This document shows positions 1 through 8,357 of a stretch of 16,051 nt of DNA, piece after piece. The stretch is taken from IMG/VR virus record IMGVR_UViG_2563366861_000001, positions 1-16,051 of that record; one strand, written 5' to 3'. Under the pieces are notes generated by a model. That model was given only the letters and a program-made list of their open reading frames with translations. It was not told the DNA's origin and did not search any database. The first letter of the stretch is position 1, and each line of letters begins with the position of its first letter. The position numbers and the translations under genes were made by a program. The stretch is from a virus. Taxonomy: Duplodnaviria; Heunggongvirae; Uroviricota; Caudoviricetes.

Positions 1-187
1 GGGAAAGCTGCACGTAATCAGCAAGCGATATACGCAGCGAATTGAGCGGCATAACCTGAATCTGAGGCAGCACCTGGCACGGCTGGGACGGAAGTCGCTG
101 TCGTTCTCAAAATCGGTGGAGCTGCATGACAAAGTCATCGGGCATTATCTGAACATAAAACACTATCAATAAGTTGGAGTCATTACC
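1..187 (+). mobile_element. IS1: IS1 insertion sequence, 3' portion (window starts inside the element); ends with the IS1 terminal inverted repeat ...CACTATCAATAAGTTGGAGTCATTACC at 161-187
   Basis: Bases 1-187 are the exact reverse complement of 15588-15774; encodes the InsB C-terminus and ends in the canonical IS1 terminal repeat (recognised from memory of IS1). Confidence 0.93.
2..172 (+). CDS. insB: IS1 transposase InsB, C-terminal fragment (5' end outside window)
   Basis: Translation of 2-172 gives [56 protein letters not shown] then TAA at 170-172, the same C-terminus as the 15603-15980 ORF on the minus strand. Confidence 0.9.
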   Translation, partial: GKLHVISKRYTQRIERHNLNLRQHLARLGRKSLSFSKSVELHDKVIGHYLNIKHYQ

Positions 188-2266
188 GCCTCTCACGATA
201 TTACCTTTGTTGGTATTGTACAGACCGCTAAAGCGTCCGGTATGGAACGTTTCCCGCTGCCGTATGTGCTGACCAACTGCCATAACTCACTCTGCGCCGT
301 CGGCGGCACTATTAACGGTGATGACCATGTTTTTGGTTTATCGGCGGCCCAGCGTTATGGCGGTATTTTTGTGCCTCCGCATATTGCGGTCATCCATCAA
401 TATATGCGTGAGATGATGGCAGGCGGCGGCAAAATGATCCTCGGGTCAGACAGCCACACCCGTTACGGTGCATTAGGGACAATGGCAGTCGGTGAGGGCG
501 GCGGTGAGTTGGTAAAACAGCTGCTTAATGACACCTGGGATATCGACTATCCGGGCGTGGTTGCGGTGCATCTGACCGGAAAACCTGCGCCGTATGTGGG
601 GCCACAGGATGTGGCGCTGGCTATCATTGGCGCGGTGTTCAAAAACGGTTACGTCAAAAACAAAGTCATGGAGTTCGTTGGACCGGGCGTTAGCGCGCTC
701 TCTACCGATTTCCGTAACAGCGTTGACGTGATGACCACTGAAACGACCTGTTTAAGTTCTGTCTGGCAAACCGATGAAGAAGTCCATAACTGGCTGGCGC
801 TGCACGGTCGCGGCCAGGATTACTGCCAGCTTAACCCTCAACCGATGGCGTACTACGATGGCTGCATCAGCGTTGATTTAAGCGCCATCAAACCAATGAT
901 TGCGCTGCCGTTCCACCCGAGCAACGTGTATGAAATCGACACACTGAACCAGAACCTGACCGACATTCTGCGTGAGATTGAAATTGAGTCCGAACGCGTG
1001 GCGCACGGTAAAGCCAAACTCTCGCTGCTGGATAAAGTGGAAAATGGTCGCCTGAAAGTGCAGCAGGGGATTATCGCGGGCTGTTCTGGCGGTAACTACG
1101 AAAACGTCATCGCGGCGGCGAATGCACTGCGCGGTCAATCCTGTGGCAATGACACCTTCTCGCTGGCAGTTTACCCGTCATCACAGCCGGTGTTTATGGA
1201 TCTCGCCAAAAAAGGTGTGGTAGCAGATTTGATTGGCGCAGGCGCAATCATCAGAACCGCGTTCTGCGGCCCATGCTTTGGCGCGGGCGATACGCCAATC
1301 AACAACGGTTTGAGTATTCGCCACACCACGCGTAACTTCCCGAACCGCGAAGGCTCTAAGCCAGCTAATGGGCAGATGTCAGCGGTGGCGTTGATGGACG
1401 CTCGTTCTATCGCTGCGACTGCGGCAAACGGTGGCTATTTAACCTCTGCCAGCGAACTTGATTGCTGGGACAACGTGCCGGAGTACGCCTTCGATGTAAC
1501 GCCGTATAAAAACCGTGTTTATCAGGGCTTTGTGAAAGGGGCAACTCAGCAACCGCTGATTTACGGGCCGAACATTAAAGACTGGCCGGAATTGGGTGCG
1601 CTGACTGACAATATCGTCCTGAAAGTGTGCTCGAAGATCCTCGACGAAGTGACCACCACCGACGAACTGATTCCTTCCGGTGAAACCTCTTCTTATCGTT
1701 CAAATCCGATTGGTCTGGCGGAGTTTACCCTGTCTCGCCGCGATCCCGGTTATGTTAGCAGAAGTAAAGCGACTGCTGAGCTGGAAAATCAGCGTCTGGC
1801 GGGGAATGTCAGCGAGCTGACAGAGGTGTTTGCGCGCATTAAGCAGATTGCTGGTCAGGAGCATATTGATCCGCTGCAAACTGAAATTGGCAGCATGGTC
1901 TATGCGGTGAAACCAGGCGATGGTTCTGCGCGTGAACAGGCGGCGAGCTGCCAGCGTGTGATTGGCGGTCTGGCGAATATTGCCGAGGAGTACGCGACTA
2001 AACGCTATCGTTCTAACGTCATCAACTGGGGGATGTTACCGCTGCAAATGGCGGAAGTACCAACCTTTGAAGTGGGGGATTACATTTACATCCCTGGCAT
2101 TAAAGCGGCGCTGGATAATCCGGGTACGACGTTTAAAGGTTATGTGATCCATGAAGATGCGCCGGTAACGGAAATTACGCTCTATATGGAAAGTCTGACT
2201 GCTGAAGAGCGCGAGATTATCAAGGCGGGTAGTTTGATTAACTTCAATAAAAACCGTCAGATGTAA
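188..2266 (+). pseudogene. ybhJ: Aconitase-family protein YbhJ, 5'-truncated by the IS1 insertion (frame is open from the IS1 boundary; first ATG at 242)
   Basis: 674-aa ORF 242-2266 with aconitase-family character ([15 protein letters not shown]-like motifs) and recognised as YbhJ; the frame stays open upstream to the TAA at 170-172 inside IS1, so the native N-terminus (about 60 aa by my recollection of a ~753-aa YbhJ) is missing. Confidence 0.8.
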
Positions 2267-2282
2267 AAAGCGCCATGTGAAT

Positions 2283-2390
<108 letters not shown>

Positions 2391-2406
2391 AAATAGTTAA
2401 TTGCTC

Positions 2407-3690
2407 TTACTTCTTCGCCTCTGCAACCACTTTACTACCCACGCCGCGGTTATTGTATTCCCACATGCGGTTGTAGTTAGTGTCATTCAGATTGCGCTGT
2501 ATTTCGTCGTTATCATCTACGCTGCCGGTATTACCCGCAAACGGACGATTAGAGATCACCGCATCGGCCCACGGTTTAGCCGTGTTAAAACCTTCGTTGA
2601 TGGCGCTATCACGGATCACCACCTGACCGTTGGTATTGGCATCAACATCCAGCGAGCGGCCCAGTTGCGCCACACCATCACCGAAAGCATTGAAACGGCT
2701 GTTTACGGCGAGGAAACCGTAGTAAATGTTGGACAGCGTAGCCGGTGCAAACACATACGCTTCTTGCTGAGTACGTGAGTTCACCACGCGGAATTCGGTG
2801 TTATCGAACACCACTGCGCCGCGACCAGAAACGATATCCACATCCCCTTCAATGTAGCTGTTGGTCACCAGCGTACGCGGCTGACGATTTGTTTCCAGAC
2901 GGTTCTGCACACCGCTGTTGGTGACAAAGAAGGTGTTCTGACGACCGAGAATGTTAACGTTGTTAATCTGTACCTGGTCACCATCAGTACGCAGTGCCAC
3001 CGCCGGATGGTTACCTGCATCTACGCTATCGCCCAGCGTGTTTTCGATGGTCAGATTTTGCAGTTGCAGGCCATTGTTTTGTGACCAGAAGACCGCAGAG
3101 CAGAGAACACCGATACTGTCGCTGCGTTTGCTCTGGCAGCTATCGTACATATACCACGCTGGTTTACCTGGCATATATTTGCCGCGCGGGTTGACGTCGT
3201 GACGCCAGTCGGCAGGGCTCATGCCACCATCAAGGGAAAGCCCAATCTTCACATCAATCGGTTTTTCACCTGTACCGTACAGAGTAATTCCACCCGGAGC
3301 GGCAGGGACATATACCGTTCCCTGATACTCACCAGGCATCACGGCAATATACTGGCGCTTGTTGGTACGCTTGATAATTGCCGCATCTACCGCCGCCTGA
3401 ATCGTGGTATGCGTTACACCTTGAGTGCCCGCCGGGCCGACAACAAAGTCAGGTTGCGCAGGCAGGGTAATCGGGGAAGGATTCCACGCTGCAGCACCTG
3501 GTGTCAGGGATGCAAAATAGTGTTGAGCATCGAAATTCTGCGCTTCTTTTGCCGACAGAATCGGGCGAGAAGAGGTACCAGGCGCGGTTTGATCAGAAGG
3601 ACGTTGATCGGGCGGGGTTGAGCTACAGGCGGTCAGCGTCACGCCAAAAGCCAATGCCAGCGCCAGACGGGAAACTGAAAATGTGTTCAC
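2407..3690 (-). CDS. ybhC: YbhC, pectinesterase-family outer-membrane lipoprotein (putative acyl-CoA thioesterase); GTG start
   Basis: 427-aa ORF; N-terminus MNTFSVSRLALALAFGVTLTAC has a signal peptide and lipobox; recognised as E. coli YbhC, the gene immediately gal-proximal to attB-lambda. Confidence 0.9.
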   Translation of the reverse strand: MNTFSVSRLALALAFGVTLTACSSTPPDQRPSDQTAPGTSSRPILSAKEAQNFDAQHYFASLTPGAAAWNPSPITLPAQPDFVVGPAGTQGVTHTTIQAAVDAAIIKRTNKRQYIAVMPGEYQGTVYVPAAPGGITLYGTGEKPIDVKIGLSLDGGMSPADWRHDVNPRGKYMPGKPAWYMYDSCQSKRSDSIGVLCSAVFWSQNNGLQLQNLTIENTLGDSVDAGNHPAVALRTDGDQVQINNVNILGRQNTFFVTNSGVQNRLETNRQPRTLVTNSYIEGDVDIVSGRGAVVFDNTEFRVVNSRTQQEAYVFAPATLSNIYYGFLAVNSRFNAFGDGVAQLGRSLDVDANTNGQVVIRDSAINEGFNTAKPWADAVISNRPFAGNTGSVDDNDEIQRNLNDTNYNRMWEYNNRGVGSKVVAEAKK

Positions 3691-3730
3691 AGGTTGCTCC
3701 GGGCTATGAAATAGAAAAATGAATCCGTTG

Positions 3731-3850
3731 AAGCCTGCTTTTTTATACTAAGTTGGCATTATAAAAAAGCATTGCTTATCAATTTGTTGCAACGAACAGG
3801 TCACTATCAGTCAAAATAAAATCATTATTTGATTTCAATTTTGTCCCACT
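3731..3850. other. attL: attL of a lambda-type prophage: core GCTTTTTTATACTAA at 3737-3751 followed by the phage P' arm (IHF H' site region and Int arm-type sites P'1-P'3, e.g. AGGTCACTAT, CAGTCAAAAT, AAATCATTAT)
   Basis: Exact lambda att core and P' arm sequence (TTATACTAAGTTGGCATTATAAAAAAGCATTGCTTATCAATTTGTTGCAACGAACAGGTCACTATCAGTCAAAATAAAATCATTATTTGATTTCAATTTTGTCCCACTCC); bacterial arm on the ybhC side, phage arm running into int. Confidence 0.93.
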
Positions 3851-4895
3851 CCCTGCCTCTGTCATCACGATACTGTGATGCCATGGTGTCCGACTTATGC
3901 CCGAGAAGATGTTGAGCAAATTTATCGCTTATCTGCTTCTCATAGAGTCTTGCAGACAAACTGCGCAACTCGTGAAAGGTTGGCGGATCCCCTTCGAAGG
4001 AGAGACCTGATGCTTTTCGTGCGCGCATAAAATACCTTGATACTGTGCCGGATGAAAGCGGTTCACGACGAGTAGATGCAATTATGGTTTCTCCGCCAAG
4101 AATCTTTTTGCATTTATCAAGTGTTTCCTTCATTGATATCCCGAGAGCATCAACATGCAATGTTGTTGGGATGGCAATTTTTACGCCTGTTTTGCTTTGC
4201 TCGACATAAAGATATCCATCTACGATATCAGACCACTTCATTTCGCATAAATCACCAACTCGCTGCCCGGTAACAACAGCCAGTTCCATTGCAAGTCTAA
4301 GCCAACATGGTGATGATTCTGCTGCTTGATAAATTTTCAGGTATTCGTCAGCCGTAAGTCTTGATCTCCTTACCTCTGATTTTGCAGCGCGAGTGGCTGC
4401 GACCGGGTTTGTTGTTATATGGCCTTCAGCCATAGCCTCTCGGAATGCATCGCTCAGTGTTGATCTGATTAACTTGGCTGATGCCGCCTTTCCCTCGTCT
4501 ATGTATCCATTGAGCATTGCCGCAATTTCTTTTGTGGTGATGTCTTCAAGTGGAGCATCAGGCAGACCCCTCCTTATTGCTTTAATTTTGCTCATGTAAT
4601 TTATGAGTGTCTTCTGCTTGATTCCTCTGCTGGCCAGGATTTTTTCGTAGCGATCAAGCCATGAATGTAACGTAACGGAATTATCACTGTTGATTCTCGC
4701 TGTCAGAGGCTTGTGTTTGTGTCCTGAAAATAACTCAATGTTGGCCTGTATAGCTTCAGTGATTGCGATTCGCCTGTCTCGGCCTAATCCAAACTCTTTA
4801 CCCGTCCTTGGGTCCCTGTAGCAGTAATATCCATTGTTTCTTATATAAAGGTTAGGGGGTAAATCCCGGCGCTCATGACTTCGCCTTCTTCCCAT
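3825..4895 (-). CDS. int: Lambda-type integrase (tyrosine recombinase Int), apparently full length
   Basis: 356-aa ORF, near-identical to remembered phage lambda Int (MGRRRSHERRDLPPNLYIRNNGYYCYRDPRTGKEFGLGRDRR...REWDKIEIK); 3' end overlaps the P' arm as in lambda. Confidence 0.97.
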   Translation of the reverse strand: MGRRRSHERRDLPPNLYIRNNGYYCYRDPRTGKEFGLGRDRRIAITEAIQANIELFSGHKHKPLTARINSDNSVTLHSWLDRYEKILASRGIKQKTLINYMSKIKAIRRGLPDAPLEDITTKEIAAMLNGYIDEGKAASAKLIRSTLSDAFREAMAEGHITTNPVAATRAAKSEVRRSRLTADEYLKIYQAAESSPCWLRLAMELAVVTGQRVGDLCEMKWSDIVDGYLYVEQSKTGVKIAIPTTLHVDALGISMKETLDKCKKILGGETIIASTRREPLSSGTVSRYFMRARKASGLSFEGDPPTFHELRSLSARLYEKQISDKFAQHLLGHKSDTMASQYRDDRGREWDKIEIK

Positions 4896-5091
4896 TTCTG
4901 ATCCTCTTCAAAAGGCTACCTGTTACTGGTCGATTTAAGTCAACCTTTACCGCTGATTCGTGGAACAGATATTCTCTTCCATCCTTAACCGGAGGAGGGA
5001 ATATCCTGCATTCGCGCACCCATCGACGAACTGTTTCAAGGCTTCTTGGGCGTCGCTGGCGAGCGTTCCACTCCTGAAGTGTCAAGTACAT
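4873..5091 (-). CDS. xis: Lambda-type excisionase Xis; overlaps the int start as in lambda
   Basis: 72-aa ORF MYLTLQEWNARQRRPRSLETVRRWVRECRIFPPPVKDGREYLFHESAVKVDLNRPVTGSLLKRIRNGKKAKS matching remembered lambda Xis. Confidence 0.95.
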   Translation of the reverse strand: MYLTLQEWNARQRRPRSLETVRRWVRECRIFPPPVKDGREYLFHESAVKVDLNRPVTGSLLKRIRNGKKAKS

Positions 5092-5116
5092 CGCAAAGTC
5101 TCCGCAATTACACGCA

Positions 5117-5140
5117 AGAAAAAACCGCCATCAGGCGGCT
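5117..5140 (-). terminator. Candidate intrinsic terminator just after the orf55-like gene (5-bp GC stem plus G-U, 4-nt loop containing the stop codon, then a 6-U tract)
   Basis: Minus strand reads GCCGCC-TGAT-GGCGGT followed by TTTTTT (plus-strand A-run 5119-5124). Confidence 0.35.
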
Positions 5141-5298
5141 TGGTGTTCTTTCAGTTCTTCAATTCGAATATTGGTTATGTCTGCATGTGCTATCTGCGCC
5201 CATATCATCCAGTGGTCATAGCAGTCATTGATGTTCTCTGCTTCGATAACTCTGTTGAATGGTTCTCCATTCCATTCACCTGTGACTCGGAAGTGCAT
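5131..5298 (-). CDS. Small 55-aa protein upstream of xis (lambda orf55-like); below the ORF-track size cutoff
   Basis: Hand translation of the minus strand: MHFRVTGEWNGEPFNRVIEAENINDCYDHWMIWAQIAHADITNIRIEELKEHQAA, stop TGA; position matches the small ORF next to xis in lambda (identity from memory, unverified). Confidence 0.5.
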   Translation of the reverse strand: MHFRVTGEWNGEPFNRVIEAENINDCYDHWMIWAQIAHADITNIRIEELKEHQAA

Positions 5299-5307
5299 TT
5301 ATCATCT

Positions 5308-5336
5308 CCATAAAACAAAACTCGCCGTAGCGAGTT
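5308..5336 (-). terminator. Candidate intrinsic terminator downstream of the 142-aa moron gene
   Basis: Stem AACTCGC / GCGAGTT (5319-5325 / 5330-5336) with loop CGTA; on the minus strand it is followed by the U-rich run TTTTGTTTTA. Confidence 0.45.
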
Positions 5337-5380
5337 CAGATATAATTTCCACCAAAGGCAGTAGTTGCTGATGCTAAGAA

Positions 5381-5809
5381 TTATTCAATATCTATTCCTG
5401 TAATATCTTTTATCTTTTTCCTTGCAAAGCCTTTTGCTAGTGATTTTGAAACACTTATTAGTGTACTAATTCCCTCATCCTTAAAGTTTGTTTTTATAGT
5501 TTGCCAGACCTCCTTTTGACGCAAGTCAGCAATAAAATCATGCCCTCTTGCTGTCAACCTCAGTGGTACTTCGATCCAACTATATCCAACACCTTCCCCT
5601 AACTCGTTGGACATTATATGACCGAACCCAGGTTTTCCATCAACCCTGACTATTAATTCGTAGTCGCATAATAATCGCATATGGAAAATAAAATTTTGGT
5701 CATATCTATTAAAGCCATTATCCTCTAGTTCACTAAGCATCGTGTCAGGGCCATGAGTTTTTTCGAATGCGATAAGTAGATCTTTTAGATATTGCTGGTC
5801 TAATTTCAT
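5381..5809 (-). CDS. Hypothetical 142-aa protein (moron gene in the int-xis-proximal accessory hotspot); function unknown
   Basis: ATG-initiated ORF with a GGAGG Shine-Dalgarno 6 nt upstream, its own downstream terminator, and AT-rich composition distinct from the flanking lambda-type genes; no family recognised. Confidence 0.65.
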   Translation of the reverse strand: MKLDQQYLKDLLIAFEKTHGPDTMLSELEDNGFNRYDQNFIFHMRLLCDYELIVRVDGKPGFGHIMSNELGEGVGYSWIEVPLRLTARGHDFIADLRQKEVWQTIKTNFKDEGISTLISVSKSLAKGFARKKIKDITGIDIE

Positions 5810-6056
5810 TGCCGCCTCCGTGACATGTCACAGAGATTTATATCATTAATTTTGTTTCGTGCCAGCCTTTGGTCACCCAGCATTGTGAGTCACCATTACA
5901 CGGGCATGAATTAACAGGAACTCTCTCGCCGCACTTACCGCAACGTTTTCTGCTGATCGATTTTATACGCCAGCGCACACGTGCATCATCCTGGCGGCTC
6001 AGTAACGCGATGTACTCACCAAACTCGTAAGGCGCATGCCTGAAGCGGCGCGTGGC

Positions 6057-6176
6057 TCAGTTACGATCCAGCATTTCAATTTCCTGAGCATCAAGTACAA
6101 GCTCCAGCTTACGCATACCGGATGATGCTTGCTTGGCTCTCTGATCGACTTTGCGCTCTGCTGATGATTTAGCCAT
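6057..6176 (-). CDS. Hypothetical 39-aa protein (MAKSSAERKVDQRAKQASSGMRKLELVLDAQEIEMLDRN); same frame continues after a single TGA into a 72-codon zinc-ribbon-like segment (5838-6056)
   Basis: ATG at 6174-6176 preceded by an AGGA Shine-Dalgarno; stop TGA at 6057-6059; the downstream frame (…RKRCGKCGERVPVNSCPCNGDSQCW…) stays open to TAA at 5838-5840 with no ATG of its own. Confidence 0.35.
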   Translation of the reverse strand: MAKSSAERKVDQRAKQASSGMRKLELVLDAQEIEMLDRN

Positions 6177-6370
6177 TCTGCTTTTCCTGCATTAGGAGAA
6201 AGACAATCATGGCGGCGCGGATACTTCCGGTATCTTTTTACTCGATATTACCCTTCAATGGCACATACAAGAAGAGAGCCATCAACAGGAGTGAGTGAGG
6301 AATCGACAACCAGCAACGCTTAATTATCTATAGTGTCGTATTTGCTTCATAAAATATGGCGAATAACACA

Positions 6371-6404
6371 AAGCCCGCAGCAGCTCATTGTGCGGGCTTT
6401 TCTT
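6371..6404. terminator. Candidate bidirectional intrinsic terminator between convergent transcription units (9-bp stem AAGCCCGCA / TGCGGGCTT, T-run on the plus side)
   Basis: Perfect inverted repeat at 6371-6379 / 6391-6399 followed by TTTCTT; lies about 70 nt past the stop of the 204-aa minus-strand gene. Confidence 0.5.
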
Positions 6405-6469
6405 ATACATACTTCCTAGAGATAATTCTATGGAGGCATTAAATTAATACTGTCATTGGTAATATCATA

Positions 6470-7084
6470 TTATCTAAAAGTCTTTCCACTTTTAACGTCT
6501 AGGTATATTCTGTTCGACAACGTCATTCCTCCGCAATATGTGAAATAGATGTTTTTCCCCTTATTGCTTGATGCCATCCACCCTCCGATTTCCTTAAAGT
6601 CGCTTTCCGTGCAGACCCCTTCGTTTATTAACTTCCTAGCTGCCGAAGAAAACTCTTTTTTGTATATACGGTAGTCATCAGATCCTTTGATTAAAGTATC
6701 ATCTCCGCTCGCATTTTCAGCAGGATCTGATGGCCTTTCACTGCTAAGATCACTAAGTTTAACCCATTCTGAAAACTTGCCATTGACGATTCCGTTTTTT
6801 CTTGTGCAGGATTTATTACCTTCTTTAATATATTCGCTTTCCCCTCCCACACATGAGGCTGAATATGGCTCAGTTATACGAACCCATTCACCTTTTTTTT
6901 CTAGAAAATCTACGCCTTCCCTGAAAAATAGTTTCCCAGCCACTCCACATTTACTTGAAGGGCAGGTATGTCTTTCCGTTCGATCAACAACAACCCAAAG
7001 TCTTGATTCATTTTTTGCCATTGCCGATGGTATTTGAGATGAGACAATTAACGTAAGCCCTAAAATTAGTATTGATTTTTTCAT
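6470..7084 (-). CDS. Hypothetical secreted, cysteine-rich 204-aa protein (moron); function unknown
   Basis: ATG start with an AAGGA Shine-Dalgarno; N-terminus MKKSILILGLTLIVSSQIPSAMA is a typical Sec signal peptide; 7 Cys in the mature part; low GC; terminator downstream. Confidence 0.65.
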   Translation of the reverse strand: MKKSILILGLTLIVSSQIPSAMAKNESRLWVVVDRTERHTCPSSKCGVAGKLFFREGVDFLEKKGEWVRITEPYSASCVGGESEYIKEGNKSCTRKNGIVNGKFSEWVKLSDLSSERPSDPAENASGDDTLIKGSDDYRIYKKEFSSAARKLINEGVCTESDFKEIGGWMASSNKGKNIYFTYCGGMTLSNRIYLDVKSGKTFR

Positions 7085-7530
7085 TGTAATTTCCTTTTAC
7101 TTTTTACAAAGCGTTTAATCATGGCTGATTATCTTTAAGCGTAGTAACAGCCTTGTGCGAAACATGTTACCAAATCGCCATTTCAGTGTATCCGCAGTTA
7201 GGCTGCCACTTCAAGGATTCCTAATTACATGGTACGTAAGCGTAAAATCCCGTTGGTTGTCGGGTAATAACTCTGATCAAATCTCCCTTGTCTTTTGCTC
7301 TTACGTATGCAGCTCTTGTGTATTCAACCCAGGCCTCCAGTTCAGCAATACGCTTACTTCCATCCGAGATAACACCTTCTACTCACGCTGCTCGTTGAGT
7401 TTTGATTTTTGCTGTCTCCAGCTCAACACGCAGTTTCCTCACCGTTAGCGCAATATCCTCGTTCTCCTGGTCGCGGCGTTTGATGTACTGCTGGTTTCTT
7501 TCCCGTTCATCCAGCAGTGTCAGCACAATC

Positions 7531-7563
7531 GATGGTACGCTGCAGGATAATGTCCGGTGTCAT
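7531..7563 (-). pseudogene. exo: Remnant of lambda exo (first 10 codons MTPDIILQRT only), then unrelated sequence
   Basis: ATG overlaps the bet stop (ATGA) exactly as in lambda; reading diverges from remembered lambda Exo after codon 10 and hits a stop 8 codons later. Confidence 0.6.
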
Positions 7564-8009
7564 GCTGCCACCTTCTGCTCAGTGGCTTTCTGTTTCAGGA
7601 ATCCAAGAGCTTTCACTGCTTCGGCCTGTGTCAGTTCTGACGATGCGCGAATGTCGCGGCGAAATATCTGGGAACAGAGCGGCAATAAGTCGTCATCCCA
7701 TGTTTTGTCCAGGGCAATCAGCAGAGTGTTAATCTCCTGCATGGTTTCATCGTTAACCGGAGTAATGTCGCGTTCCGGCTGACGTTCTGCGGTGTATGCG
7801 GTATTTTCGACAATGCGCTCGGCTTCATCCTTGTCATAGATACCAGCAAATCCGAAGGCCAGACGGGCACACTGAATCATGGCTTTATGCCGTAACATCC
7901 GTTTGGGATGCGACTGCCACGGCCCCGTAATTTCTCTGCCTTCGCGGGTTTTGAATGGTTCGCGGCGGCATTCATCCATCCACTCGGTAACGCAGATCGG
8001 ATGATTACC
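7560..8009 (-). pseudogene. bet: Remnant of lambda bet (Red-beta): C-terminal ~150 codons only, 5' portion deleted
   Basis: Translation NHPICVTEWMDECRREPFKTREGREITGPWQSHPKRMLRHKAMIQCARLAFGFAGIYDKDEAERIVENTAYTAERQPERDITPVNDETMQEINTLLIALDKTWDDDLLPLCSQIFRRDIRASSELTQAEAVKALGFLKQKATEQKVAA matches the remembered C-terminus of lambda Bet; homology stops near 8009. Confidence 0.88.
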
Positions 8010-8165
8010 GGTTCGCTACCAGGGAAGAACGGGAAGGAAAGGTGAGCACGAATCTGATTTTCAAGGAGTGTCGCCAGAGTGCCGCGATGAAGCGGGTGTT
8101 GGCATTTTATCGCGGCAATTTTCAATAGACTATGTACATAAAAATATCATTTTTTTAATACATGT

Positions 8166-8357
8166 CTAATTATTGGACGAAATTGGTTTTTGCTTTGGTT
8201 TAGTTAGCCTAGCAATCAAGCCAGAGGCAATAATGATGATCCAAGCAATTTGATGCAATGCTACTCCAATATAAGAACCTTTATAGATAATAAAGGCATA
8301 GATCGCTAGAAACGAAATAAATATCCATAACGAAAGTTGATAAATTTTGGCGCGCAT
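8166..8357 (-). CDS. Possible small membrane protein (63 aa from ATG at 8357; two predicted transmembrane helices)
   Basis: Hydrophobic ORF MRAKIYQLSLWIFISFLAIYAFIIYKGSYIGVALHQIAWIIIIASGLIARLTKPKQ...; weak ribosome-binding site; the ORF-track start at 8372 is a TTG. Confidence 0.3.
   Translation of the reverse strand: MRAKIYQLSLWIFISFLAIYAFIIYKGSYIGVALHQIAWIIIIASGLIARLTKPKQKPISSNN

Noticed and set aside
2401-3722. Plus-strand track ORFs 2401-2778, 2951-3202, 2994-3194, 3199-3621 and 3501-3722
   Set aside because: All are antisense to ybhC and Arg/Cys-rich or low-complexity; spurious frames of a GC-rich gene.
3731-4895. Possibility that this is the DE3 lambda derivative of BL21(DE3)
   Set aside because: int is uninterrupted here, whereas DE3 carries the T7 RNA polymerase cassette inserted in int; the phage backbone is also largely deleted.
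4076-5313. Plus-strand track ORFs 4076-4273, 4393-4599, 4960-5313 and 5046-5231
   Set aside because: Antisense to int, xis and the orf55-like gene, whose minus-strand frames match known lambda proteins.
5820-5831. Palindrome GTGACATGTCAC as a CRP-binding site
   Set aside because: CRP needs TGTGA-N6-TCACA; here the half-sites are separated by only 2-4 bp, so it is reported only as a generic operator-like palindrome.
6687-7037. Plus-strand ORF 6687-7037
   Set aside because: Antisense to the 204-aa secreted-protein gene; no start context; Ser/Leu-rich low complexity.
7155-8125. Track ORFs 7155-7448 (+), 7402-7782 (+), 7517-7732 (+) and 7877-8125 (-)
   Set aside because: They overlap the exo/bet relic in wrong frames or antisense; 7877-8125 starts at a TTG and crosses the bet deletion junction; low-complexity translations.
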